Part shown: piece by piece, positions 15,957 to 24,000 of the stretch | Position numbering within the stretch: position 1 is the stretch's first letter | How the letters are laid out: the number at the start of each line of letters is the position of its first letter | NCBI GenBank assembly: GCA_949128025.1 | Contig: CASBRD010000259.1 | Location: 5,175-29,174, forward strand | Source: Oscillatoriales cyanobacterium PMM_0008 | Lineage (GTDB): Bacteria; Cyanobacteriota; Cyanobacteriia; Cyanobacteriales; Aerosakkonemataceae | Length of the DNA: 24,000 bases | Direction: 5' to 3' | Translations under genes and position numbers: made by a program | The notes under the pieces: model-generated | Database searches by the model: none | Told to the model about the DNA's origin: nothing | The model's input: the letters and a program-made list of their open reading frames with translations, nothing else

Positions 15957-16367
15957 TTACGATTTGTCGCTACCTTCCGAAACTCTTTGCCGCTGACTTG
16001 GTGAGGGTGAAGCCGAACGCTGGTCTTTGGTGGCATACTCTCGCCACAGACGAGCCAAATCCTGAGATATATCCCGCCAATCAGGACGAATGCGATACAT
16101 CCTCCGGGGACGTCCGCGTCCTTCTACTTTTTTCCAGTACCCGCCGATCGCCTGTTCCTCCTCCAAGAATTTGAGGGCGCTGTAGAGGACAGTATCGGAA
16201 AGCCGGTAGGCTGGGTATTCACTCTCTATAAGCTGGATTAGTTCTGTTCCATAAGATTCTCCTCGTACTAAGACAGAAAGTACGTAGCACACGGCTAGTT
16301 CTTTGCTCAGATATAGGGGAGGGGGATTGTGAAAAAACTGGTAAATATCGTCAAATTTCATCTGCAT
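15957..16367 (-). CDS. PadR-family winged-helix transcriptional regulator
   Basis: The PadR wHTH pattern is present: YVLSVLVRGESYGTELIQLIE...LSDTVLYSALKFLEEEQAIGGYW...GRPRRMYRI. The track start at 16391 is TTG; I prefer ATG at 16367 (16361 is also possible). Confidence 0.85.
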   Translation of the reverse strand: MQMKFDDIYQFFHNPPPLYLSKELAVCYVLSVLVRGESYGTELIQLIESEYPAYRLSDTVLYSALKFLEEEQAIGGYWKKVEGRGRPRRMYRIRPDWRDISQDLARLWREYATKDQRSASPSPSQRQRVSEGSDKS

Positions 16368-16918
16368 AACCGGCTGAACACTCTGTCCCAAACTGATTTA
16401 AAAGGCATCGGCTCTCGTTTGCCAGTTCCAACCGCACGCTCGAAGAGGCTTTTCAGGGGTGACGCCCGATGGCAGACCGATCGGCAGTATCGCTATGAGC
16501 GTGAATGGCGATGCAGTCCAATTCTGTCCGAAGAGGAACTGCTGAATATTACGATCAATTCTAGACAGTTAATTCTGGGTATGCCTGCCAGACTTCGTGG
16601 GTGATTTTGCCTCCCTCGTCGAAGTGTGCTTTATACAAAAGATAAAAGACCTTAACCAGCCCTTCGTCTAGACCAGGCTCGTAGCGTGATTTCAGCTTTA
16701 ATGGTGCTTCCCCTGCGGCTGGGAATCTTTCCTAAACTATAGGGTTTTTCAACCACTTGGATCTGTTGAATTTTATTTTCTTTAAAGAATTGGTGCCAAA
16801 CCCGGTAAATCTCCTCATCCTGGTGGACTTCATCTTTCTTCCTCCTTGGAGACTCCCGCCAAAACTGTACTCAGTTTGGCGGTGAGAGTCAAAGGAGGGC
16901 CGGGTAAAAGTTGCATAA

Positions 16919-17101
16919 CTATTCCTTTGGTCGGTGAGGAAACCGTTGCGCCTCAAAAGTGGTGAAACTTCTTGGCATACCTGCTGGCATTACAGGATTG
17001 AGGCTACCGATATTGTTCTGTGATTGACCCGCCGCTCCTAAGAGGAGCCGCTTCGCTAACGGTGGGGCGTTTAATTTGTTGGGGATTGCTCCCCCTCCCA
17101 T
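16919..17101 (-). pseudogene. decayed IscB N-terminal remnant (about 60 codons)
   Basis: The ATG at 17101 sits in the same AGTAATG context as the intact iscB start. The translation MGGGAIPNKLNAPPLAKRLLLGAAGQ.. is colinear with ..LDPNKQPLNPVHPGRARMLLTQGKAA.. of IscB. Similarity is then lost and a stop follows. No RuvC or HNH motifs lie downstream. Confidence 0.55.
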
Positions 17102-17372
17102 TACTGGGGTGATGTTCGCCTTGACAATGTTAGTGGTCGGTACTTTCTTTCGTAGCACTGGCTTAACCCTTTAGACCTGTTTAACTACTTGGTTCTAGAG
17201 CTACAGACTGGCGTCGCATCCGTAGGTAGGAACTTGAACTCTTGCCACTAACGTAGGTATTGCTACCTGAGTCTGGTAAACTAGGGCTTTTAAAAGCCCC
17301 CGCTATATCGGTACTCTGATCCTTCGGTGGGTTGTTTACCCACAGAGCCGCTATTCCACAGCATAATGGCAT
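17102..17372 (-). ncRNA. second omegaRNA-like scaffold without an intact IscB (solo or relic omegaRNA)
   Basis: It is colinear with 14300-14570. The 30-nt core 17197-17226 matches at 28/30. The position-equivalent hairpins have different sequences: a GCAA-capped stem at 17256-17267 against the UUCG-capped stem in copy A, and GGGCU../..AGCCC at 17284-17299 against GGGCG/CGCCC. The long-range pair GGUAAAC (17334-17340) with GUUUACC (17275-17281) is retained. Confidence 0.6.
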
Positions 17373-17539
17373 TGGCACAGTACTGAGTAAGAGTGCCAAA
17401 GGGATTTTGTAGTAGCGATCGCCTGCCAGTGTCTTTGAGCCATCTTAACCGGCGATCGAGGCACACCTGATGCAGAGAAGCCGAACTTCGCTTAAAGTTT
17501 CTTTATTGATAAAAGTTTTCCCATATCAAATCGGGTTTA

Positions 17540-18127
17540 ATGGGTATATATATGCCAGATCAATCAGAATCACAGTCCCTTCCCTCAACACTCCGGCAAA
17601 TAGCCTTCAATTTCCGTCTAACCGGCTGGATTAGCTTCTGGTCTCAGTTAGTCCTAGCTGTAGTTTCCAGCGTGGTTTTGCTGCTGTTTGCCGTCTTTAG
17701 TAACAATAGCACTAACAAAGCCAGTAATCCCGGCACTGGGTTAGGCATTTTTTTCGCCTTGTGCGGACTTGCGGTTCTGGGCGGAAGCATTTACTGGGCT
17801 TTCCGTTACACCCGCATCGCCAGACAGCTACAATCTCTCAATGCCGACACCCGCCCTCGGAAAACAGATACAATTCAAGTCCTGCGCCTGGGATTGCTCG
17901 TGAATTTAGGCGGGATGTTATTAACTCTTTTCGGAGCCTATGCAATTGTCGGTACACTAGCGGCCAGATCGATATCCCAACCGCAAATAGGACTGACGTT
18001 AGATACCAGTCGCCTGATTAGCTCTCTGGATATGTTCGCAGTGCAGGCAAATATTAATACCATTTTCGGTCACTTTGTGGGAATTGTCGCCACGCTGTGG
18101 CTGATGGATCGCGTTAACCGCACCTAG
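17540..18127 (+). CDS. conserved cyanobacterial/plastid-type membrane protein (possibly DUF3611)
   Basis: Four hydrophobic helices are visible, with the motif GWISFWSQLVLAVVS near the N-terminus. An alternative ATG lies at 17552. The family name is from memory. Confidence 0.65.
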   Translation: MGIYMPDQSESQSLPSTLRQIAFNFRLTGWISFWSQLVLAVVSSVVLLLFAVFSNNSTNKASNPGTGLGIFFALCGLAVLGGSIYWAFRYTRIARQLQSLNADTRPRKTDTIQVLRLGLLVNLGGMLLTLFGAYAIVGTLAARSISQPQIGLTLDTSRLISSLDMFAVQANINTIFGHFVGIVATLWLMDRVNRT

Positions 18128-18206
18128 TTAGCGCCCTTCGCTTAGGAGACATTTCGCCTTGGCGTTGTATCCTGATGTATTGGCAGAAAAAGCTTAAGGA
18201 ATATCT

Positions 18207-19526
18207 GTGCTAGACCTCAAACAGATACGGGAAAATCCACAACTTGTCCTGCTTCGGCTCAACAGTCGCAGTGTGGATCGATATGACATTGAGCCGATTT
18301 TACAGCTAGACCGACAACAGCGGGAACTGGAGAAAGCGCGATCGCATCTCGAAGCCCGCCGTAACGAAATCGCCAAATCGATCCCCAAAAAAATTAAAGA
18401 CGGTGGCGACCCCAACAGCCCAGAAATTCAAGTCTTGCGCGACGAGGGAAACCAAATCAAAGCGACTCTGAGCGAACTCGATCCCCAGGAAAAAGACCTC
18501 AAAGCCAAGCTAGCAGAAGTTCTGCTAGCATTGCCCAACTTACCTAGCGAATCCACGCCCATAGGTAAAAGTGAAGAGGACAATGTAGAAGTACGTCGGT
18601 GGGGTGATGAATACATTCCCCAAAACCCCAATATCCTCCCTCACTGGGAAATTGGCGAAAAACTCGGCATCCTCAACTTTGAGAGAGCCGTCAAAGTTGC
18701 CCAAAGTCGCTTTGTTACCCTTATAGGCGCAGGTGCTGCCCTGGAAAGGGCGCTGATTAGCTTCATGCTCGATCGGCAAACCAAAGCTGGGTATCTAGAA
18801 GTGATACCCCCCTTTCTAGTTAACAGCCAATCCCTCACCGCGACCAATCAGCTGCCCAAATTCGCCGAAGAAAGCTTTAAGTGCGAATCGGATGATTTGT
18901 GGTTGATTCCCACCGCCGAAGTACCCGTAACCAATCTCTACCGAGATGAAGTCCTAGAAGCATCACAGCTACCCATCCACCACTGCGCCTATACGCCCTG
19001 TTTCCGCAGAGAAGCCGGTGCTTATGGACGAGATACGCGGGGGCTGATCCGACTCCACCAATTTAACAAGATCGAGCTAGTTAAATTGGTTCATCCCAGT
19101 ACTTCAGAGGAGGAACATCAATCCCTTGTCCGAGACGCCGAGGCGATTTTGCAAGCCTTGCAGCTGCCTTACAGAGTAATGGAACTCTGTACTGCCGATT
19201 TGGGCTTCGGCGCGGCAAAGTGCTATGACCTAGAAGTCTGGTTGCCTTCTGCTGGCAAATATCGCGAGATTTCCAGCTGTTCCAATTTTGGTGACTTCCA
19301 AGCGCGGCGGGGCAGCATTCGCTTTAAGGAAGCTGGCAAGAAAGGAACCCAGTTTATACATACTCTCAACGGTTCTGGATTGGCGGTAGGTCGCACGATG
19401 GCGGCAATTCTGGAGAACTATCAACAACCTGACGGATCGATCGCAATACCGAAAGTCCTGCGATCGTATCTGGGGCGAGAGGTGCTTACTGGTGCCACAA
19501 CCTACAATAAAGAAATGTATAGCTAA
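18207..19526 (+). CDS. serS: seryl-tRNA synthetase
   Basis: It has a GTG start. The N-terminus (M)[10 protein letters not shown] is followed by a coiled-coil arm. The class II core motifs are present ([45 protein letters not shown]). Confidence 0.95.
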   Translation: MLDLKQIRENPQLVLLRLNSRSVDRYDIEPILQLDRQQRELEKARSHLEARRNEIAKSIPKKIKDGGDPNSPEIQVLRDEGNQIKATLSELDPQEKDLKAKLAEVLLALPNLPSESTPIGKSEEDNVEVRRWGDEYIPQNPNILPHWEIGEKLGILNFERAVKVAQSRFVTLIGAGAALERALISFMLDRQTKAGYLEVIPPFLVNSQSLTATNQLPKFAEESFKCESDDLWLIPTAEVPVTNLYRDEVLEASQLPIHHCAYTPCFRREAGAYGRDTRGLIRLHQFNKIELVKLVHPSTSEEEHQSLVRDAEAILQALQLPYRVMELCTADLGFGAAKCYDLEVWLPSAGKYREISSCSNFGDFQARRGSIRFKEAGKKGTQFIHTLNGSGLAVGRTMAAILENYQQPDGSIAIPKVLRSYLGREVLTGATTYNKEMYS

Positions 19527-19544
19527 TTCAAATTAAATTTTGCC

Positions 19545-20870
19545 ATGTCAGTTTTGGCGGCGATCGCAGTCTTGGCGGTTTTGATTTTGGTACACGAAGC
19601 AGGCCATTTTATGGCCGCTCGTCTTCAGGGCATTCACGCCAATCGTTTCTCCCTTGGTTTTGGCCCGATCCTGTGGAAATATCAGGGATCGGAAACCGAA
19701 TACGCTATCCGGGCTTTTCCCTTGGGTGGATTTGTCGGCTTTCCCGATGATGACCCCGAAAGCGTTTATCCCCCCGACGATCCCAACTTGCTAGGCAATC
19801 GCCCCATTCTAGACCGGGCGATCGTAATTAGCGCTGGCGTGATCGCCAATCTGATCTTTGCCTACCTAGTGCTGGTGATGCAGCTTGGTGTAGTAGGAAT
19901 ACCGGAAGCGAAGCAGCCAGGGATTTTGGTTCCCCAGATTGTCGCACAAGTAAGTCAAGTAAGCGAGACGGCAGCTAAAGCAGGCATTAAACCGGGCGAC
20001 TTAATTTGGGTTGACGGTCAAAAGCTTAAATTCTCAATTAACGAGAAAAACTCCCAGAGTGAATTACTCGCAACTACTTCGGGCAAGCCAACTAAGCTCA
20101 TTGTGACTCGCAATAACGAGCAAGTTAAGTTGTCCGTGACGCCTCAACCGGGCGGCTACATGGGTATCCAGCTTTCTCCCAGTGTGGCAGCAGCAGCAGG
20201 GATAAAACCTGGGGACGTAATTTTGGCAGCTAACGGCCAAAATTTTGGTCGTTCCCTTAAAGAAGAAGCCGTTTTAAGAGAACTAATTAGAAGTAGTTCC
20301 GGCAAGTCAATTCAATTTACTATTCAGCGTGGCGAAGAGAAACTATCCCTGAGTGCATCTCCTCAGCCCGGTCCAGCTGGTGAAGCCCGGATCGGGATCT
20401 CCCTTGCACCCAACGGCCCCAAGGGTAACCCAGTAGTGTACCGTCGCCCCCAAAATGTTTTCGAGGTTTTTAGCCTTGCCGCTGAAGACTTCCAGAGGAT
20501 TGTGATTTTGACCGCTCAGGGCTTTTGGCAGCTGATTAGCAACTTTAAAGAAACAGCTTCTCAAGTGGCAGGCCCGGTCAAAATTGTCCAGATTGGTGCC
20601 AGTATTGCCCAATCTGACATCACAAAACTGTTTCAGTTTGCCGCTTTAATTAGCATTAACCTTGCCATCATCAACATCTTGCCCCTACCGGCGCTTGATG
20701 GCGGTCAACTTGCCTTTCTGCTGATTGAAGGCATTCGCGGTAAGCCATTGCCAACCAAAATCCAGGACGGGGTAATGCAGACTGGGTTGATGCTACTCTT
20801 AGGGCTGGGAATTTTTCTGATCGTCAGAGATACCGCAAATTTGGAAGGAGTTCAAAAGTTCTTCCGGTGA
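19545..20870 (+). CDS. rseP: RseP/M50-family site-2 zinc metalloprotease with two PDZ-like segments
   Basis: The HExxH motif is in TM1 (LVHEAGHFMAA) and FPLGGFVGF follows. Two PDZ signatures are present (AAKAGIKPGDLI, AAAAGIKPGDVILAANG). The C-terminus has NLAIINILPLPALDGG. Confidence 0.9.
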   Translation: MSVLAAIAVLAVLILVHEAGHFMAARLQGIHANRFSLGFGPILWKYQGSETEYAIRAFPLGGFVGFPDDDPESVYPPDDPNLLGNRPILDRAIVISAGVIANLIFAYLVLVMQLGVVGIPEAKQPGILVPQIVAQVSQVSETAAKAGIKPGDLIWVDGQKLKFSINEKNSQSELLATTSGKPTKLIVTRNNEQVKLSVTPQPGGYMGIQLSPSVAAAAGIKPGDVILAANGQNFGRSLKEEAVLRELIRSSSGKSIQFTIQRGEEKLSLSASPQPGPAGEARIGISLAPNGPKGNPVVYRRPQNVFEVFSLAAEDFQRIVILTAQGFWQLISNFKETASQVAGPVKIVQIGASIAQSDITKLFQFAALISINLAIINILPLPALDGGQLAFLLIEGIRGKPLPTKIQDGVMQTGLMLLLGLGIFLIVRDTANLEGVQKFFR

Positions 20871-21586
20871 GCATTACCCGTAAATGGGCTGCTTTGCAGC
20901 AACGTTCCATAGAAATTCTGATTCGCCTAAAGCGACTCTATCCAGAGGCAACCTGCACGCTCAACTACGAGACACCAGTGCAGCTGCTGGTGGCAACTAT
21001 TCTCTCGGCTCAATGTACGGACGATCGCGTAAATCAGGTCACACCCGCTTTGTTTGCCCGGTTTCCCGATGCCCCAGCAATGGCTGGGGCCCAGATTCAA
21101 GAGCTAGAGAAATTAGTGCGTTCCACCGGCTTTTATCGCAATAAGGCCAAAAATATCCAAGGTGCCTGCTTCAAGATTGTCGAAAAATTTGGCGGCAAGG
21201 TGCCAAAGCGTATGGAAGAGTTGCTGGAATTGCCGGGAGTAGCCCGTAAGACAGCTAACGTTGTATTGGCTCATGCCTACGGGATCAATCAGGGTGTCAC
21301 GGTGGACACTCATGTGAAGCGCCTCACCTACCGTCTGGGTTTGACAGTAGAAACCGATCCCGTCCGGGTGGAGCGAGATTTAATCCGACTCTTGCCCCAG
21401 CCTGATTGGGAGAATTGGTCAATCCGCCTCATTTACCACGGTCGGGCTGTTTGTACGGCCAGGAATCCTAAGTGTGACGCTTGTGTACTTGCTGACCTCT
21501 GCCCTGCGGCCACTCTACCTCAGATCCACTCCTCCAATGTCACTACGCTCAAATCCTCTGAAATCAAATCAGCCGCTAAAAGTTAA
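20867..21586 (+). CDS. nth: endonuclease III (DNA glycosylase/AP lyase)
   Basis: The GTG start overlaps the rseP stop (GTGA). LLVATILSAQCTD is present, and the HhH-GPD motif reads LPGVARKTANVVL...VDTHV. The 4Fe-4S cluster loop is C-x6-C-x2-C-x5-C (CTARNPKCDACVLADLC). Confidence 0.92.
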   Translation: MSITRKWAALQQRSIEILIRLKRLYPEATCTLNYETPVQLLVATILSAQCTDDRVNQVTPALFARFPDAPAMAGAQIQELEKLVRSTGFYRNKAKNIQGACFKIVEKFGGKVPKRMEELLELPGVARKTANVVLAHAYGINQGVTVDTHVKRLTYRLGLTVETDPVRVERDLIRLLPQPDWENWSIRLIYHGRAVCTARNPKCDACVLADLCPAATLPQIHSSNVTTLKSSEIKSAAKS

Positions 21587-21631
21587 GATAGGAAATGCTG
21601 TCTTCATTATTTAAGGGAACAAGAAGCATTC

Positions 21632-21934
21632 ATGGCTAAAAAGAGTATGATTGAGCGCGAGAAAAAGCGCCAAAAGCTTGTGGATAAGTACGCCGATCAG
21701 CGGGAAGACTTGCAAGAACAGTTTCGACAAGCTACTTCTCAACAAAAGAGGCTAGAAATCCACCGCCAACTGCAACAACTGCCGCGTAACAGTGCGCCCA
21801 CCCGCCTGCATAACCGTTGCTGGGTTACAGGTCGCCCCAGAGGCACTTACCGGGACTTTGGCCTTTCTCGCAACGTGATGCGGGAGTGGGCTCACAAAGG
21901 TCTGCTACCCGGTGTGGTGAAGTCCAGCTGGTAA
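21632..21934 (+). CDS. rpsN: 30S ribosomal protein S14
   Basis: The sequence [13 protein letters not shown]...[39 protein letters not shown] is canonical long-form S14. Confidence 0.95.
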   Translation: MAKKSMIEREKKRQKLVDKYADQREDLQEQFRQATSQQKRLEIHRQLQQLPRNSAPTRLHNRCWVTGRPRGTYRDFGLSRNVMREWAHKGLLPGVVKSSW

Positions 21935-21937
21935 GAG

Positions 21938-22025
21938 AAGTCAAAAGTCAAAAGTCACTCATTCAAAAGAAAGAAATAAAAATTATTGTTGTTTCTTTTG
22001 AGTGTTTACTTTTTGCTTTTGACTT
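21938..22025. terminator. long imperfect inverted repeat between convergent genes (probable bidirectional terminator)
   Basis: AAGTCAAAAGTCAAAAGTCACTC..CAAAAGAAA is approximately complementary to TTTCTTTTGAGTG..CTTTTTGCTTTTGACTT. The arms are ~35 nt, A/T-rich and contain several mismatches. Confidence 0.5.
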
Positions 22026-22354
22026 TATTGGCCGCAGCAGCGATCGATCCCCAGACTGTCTAAAAGCAGGTCGCTTACCGCATTAGCGATCGCAAACTCG
22101 CTATAGAAACTTTTAGAAAAGTCAAATGCCTGCATCTCTGTCACGATCGCAATTACGAGCGAACCCAGGTCATTTTCGCCCTCTAACCGCTGTCGAAGGT
22201 AGATCTGGGCTGCGCGAGTCGCGATCGTCTGATTCACGGGTTCTGGGATAAACTCTTCATCGAGCCACCTATGCAAAGCACGCAGCAACCACTCTCCCTC
22301 TTGCTGCGGATTTTGGCTCGGTGGCAAAGTTATTGCTGGGATTGGTTCAGACAT
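22025..22354 (-). CDS. conserved hypothetical protein (109 aa)
   Basis: This is a clean ATG ORF with protein-like composition (..WLLRALHRWLDEEFIPEPVNQ..MQAFDFSKSFYSEFAIANAVSDLLL..). I do not recognise the family. Confidence 0.6.
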   Translation of the reverse strand: MSEPIPAITLPPSQNPQQEGEWLLRALHRWLDEEFIPEPVNQTIATRAAQIYLRQRLEGENDLGSLVIAIVTEMQAFDFSKSFYSEFAIANAVSDLLLDSLGIDRCCGQ

Positions 22355-22460
22355 CTATAGTAACAATCCTCACTAAGTGCCAATCTATCTATTTTTATGC
22401 CCTTTTGCCCAAAGAACCTTGTTTTCCACACTAAGTGTTAAAGAGCCTAGCCCCTGATTT

Positions 22461-23039
22461 ATGCAGATTGACATTCCCAGTATTATCCAGGGGTATGCCC
22501 AAGGCAATTTCTTGATGGCTGATGAAGAGGGCAACGGCTTGGGATGGTATTATAGTCGCAAGCGGGCATTGATTCCCTTGGACGATCGGTTTCGCTACCC
22601 AAAATCCCTACAGCGCGTCCTCAACCAAGAGCGTTTCACTGTTGCTATCAACCGGGATTTCCAAAGTGTAGTTAGGGGTTGTGCCGATCGCGAAACCACC
22701 TGGATATCCCCAGAACTACACGAAATTTACTCGGCTCTTTACGAGGCCGGTTGGGCCTACAGTTTCGAGACTTGGTACGGAGATGAACTCGCCGGTGGAA
22801 TTTTAGGTATTGCGATCGGAGGAGCCTTTATTGGCGAATCGATGTTCTACCGGATTCCAGAAGGGTCGAAGGTAGCGATGGTGAAGTTGGTGGAAAAGTT
22901 GCGATCGCGCCATTTCGTCTTTTTTGACGCCCAAATGACCAACCCCCATCTAGAGCGCTTTGGATCTCACACTATTACAGACAAAGAGTATCAAATTCTG
23001 CTCAAACAAGCTTTAAGCCGTCGCTGTTCTCTGAATTAA
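22461..23039 (+). CDS. aat: leucyl/phenylalanyl-tRNA--protein transferase
   Basis: The Aat pattern is present: VVRGCADRETTWISPELHEIYSALYEAGWAYSFETWYGDELAGGILGIAIGGAFIGESMFYRIPEGSKVAMV. Confidence 0.88.
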   Translation: MQIDIPSIIQGYAQGNFLMADEEGNGLGWYYSRKRALIPLDDRFRYPKSLQRVLNQERFTVAINRDFQSVVRGCADRETTWISPELHEIYSALYEAGWAYSFETWYGDELAGGILGIAIGGAFIGESMFYRIPEGSKVAMVKLVEKLRSRHFVFFDAQMTNPHLERFGSHTITDKEYQILLKQALSRRCSLN

Positions 23040-23860
23040 TTGTTAATTTTTAACTCTTTGACCAGCGTCAGCGTCACCCATTCACCTTTGTCGTTATAGC
23101 TGCGAATCAACCGCTGACGGCGATCGGGCCTAAGCAACCAACCTACCTCCAGGAAAAAAGCTTGACCGACCTTAACTTTTAGCGGACAAGTACAAGAAGC
23201 ACCATCGGGGAGTAGCAAAACTTGGACAAGTTGCGAACTGCGATCGAACTGGATAATAGAGCCATCAATTCTGCCAGTAGAAGAGATTATGCGATCGCCA
23301 AAAGTCAGATTTTGAACTAATCTACCATCATTATCTAGATGAAGTTCTAGCTTAGTAGAATAAGTGTCTGGTGAACGCCAGTCTGGATAAATCGTCACAG
23401 CTTCTCCCCGCCATTCTCCCAGCAAATCTTCAGGCGTCAGATGTGGACGTTCTGGCGTCATTGCACTAGCAAGCTTTTCTCGAATTAATGTTAATCTCTC
23501 CAGCTGACCTGACTTGTCAAACATCTGCACAAGACGCAGACGCCTACTACCATCAATCAAACCCAATTCCGCTCCAAACTCCGAAAAAGGAGCCAGCTGA
23601 ATCGATCCCTGAGAAAAAGCACCGTTATCAAAAAATAAAATGTTTCGTCCCAGAGAACTATATTCCAGAACTTGCTCCCGCACTTCTTGAGAGGGTAAAA
23701 AACGGCGGATTATTTGACGAATCGTCTGATTGTTGTTCACTCCTTCCAGAGAAACCATTGTGGGAGTATCTTCCAATAGTTCCCCTTCTGGAGACAGACG
23801 GGTAAAAGAACCCTGCCATTCCCCCAAGTTTTCCAGCAAACATTCCCACTGCGATCTCAT
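23036..23860 (-). CDS. conserved cyanobacterial/plant-type protein (possibly DUF3598, beta-barrel)
   Basis: The N-terminus MRSQWECLLENLGEWQGSFTRLSPEGE matches my recollection of DUF3598 proteins. The gene is convergent with aat, with a 4-nt overlap (TTAA). Confidence 0.65.
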   Translation of the reverse strand: MRSQWECLLENLGEWQGSFTRLSPEGELLEDTPTMVSLEGVNNNQTIRQIIRRFLPSQEVREQVLEYSSLGRNILFFDNGAFSQGSIQLAPFSEFGAELGLIDGSRRLRLVQMFDKSGQLERLTLIREKLASAMTPERPHLTPEDLLGEWRGEAVTIYPDWRSPDTYSTKLELHLDNDGRLVQNLTFGDRIISSTGRIDGSIIQFDRSSQLVQVLLLPDGASCTCPLKVKVGQAFFLEVGWLLRPDRRQRLIRSYNDKGEWVTLTLVKELKINN

Positions 23861-23897
23861 AAATAAGCTGCTATACTATCTTTGGGTTTTTCAGAAT

Positions 23898-23988
23898 TGT
23901 TATGCTTTTGTTCAATAAATAACATTTTTATGCCTCTGCTCCTCTGCTCCTCTGCCCCTCGGCTCCTCTAGCATAGTAAGCAAGGAAG
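23898..23988 (+). repeat. dispersed intergenic repeat, copy 2 (with CT-rich octamer tract)
   Basis: It has the same two conserved blocks as 8493-8574. They are separated by a (C)CTCTGCT-like tract repeated about four times (23932-23968). AGCATAGT recurs at 23993-24000, so the 3' block may repeat in tandem beyond the window edge. Confidence 0.7.
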
Positions 23989-24000
23989 AGCCAGCATAGT

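Noticed and set aside
16329-16604. 91-aa + strand ORF overlapping the padR start
   Set aside because: It is Arg-rich with low-complexity composition, overlaps the padR 5' end in antisense, and has no SD. The - strand looks more protein-like in this region.
19545-20870. RseP with a duplicated PDZ region as a possible anomaly
   Set aside because: Tandem PDZ domains are standard in many RseP/M50 proteases (e.g. the enterobacterial type), so this is not unusual enough to flag.
1-24000. Dozens of GCGATCGC palindromes, often inside hairpins
   Set aside because: This is the HIP1 highly iterated palindrome, a genome-wide cyanobacterial signature. It is useful for taxonomic inference but is not a locus-specific regulatory or mobile feature.

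Overview
This looks like a chromosomal segment from a (probably filamentous) cyanobacterium. The HIP1 octamer GCGATCGC recurs throughout (e.g. 2362-2369, 5462-5469, 9790-9797). No searches were run; every family call comes from motifs read by eye. Most of the window is housekeeping: tRNA-Thr(CGU), sbcC, serS, rseP, nth, rpsN, aat, a GAF histidine kinase, a PadR regulator and several conserved cyanobacterial hypotheticals. Accessory content sits in three places. (1) 13013-14570 (- strand) holds an apparently intact IscB-type nuclease (PLMP-like N-terminus, split RuvC, Arg-rich bridge helix, HNH insert). A ~250 nt structured non-coding leader lies directly upstream, where an IscB omegaRNA is expected, so this is an OMEGA (IS200/IS605-derived) RNA-guided nuclease locus with no TnpA. 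(2) 16919-17372 (- strand) holds a second, diverged copy of the same RNA scaffold attached only to a decayed ~60-codon IscB N-terminal remnant. The two copies differ by compensatory stem changes and swap a UUCG for a GNRA tetraloop, which argues the RNA structure is under selection. (3) 4745-8477 holds a MazF-type toxin-antitoxin pair, an orphan receiver protein and a 784-aa HTH-NACHT STAND NTPase. Other points of interest are a LexA-box-like palindrome upstream of sbcC, two secreted TrbI/VirB10-like paralogues flanking a stand-alone cNMP-binding protein, and a two-copy dispersed intergenic repeat (8493-8574 and 23898-23988). No CRISPR array, rRNA or complete transposase gene was seen.
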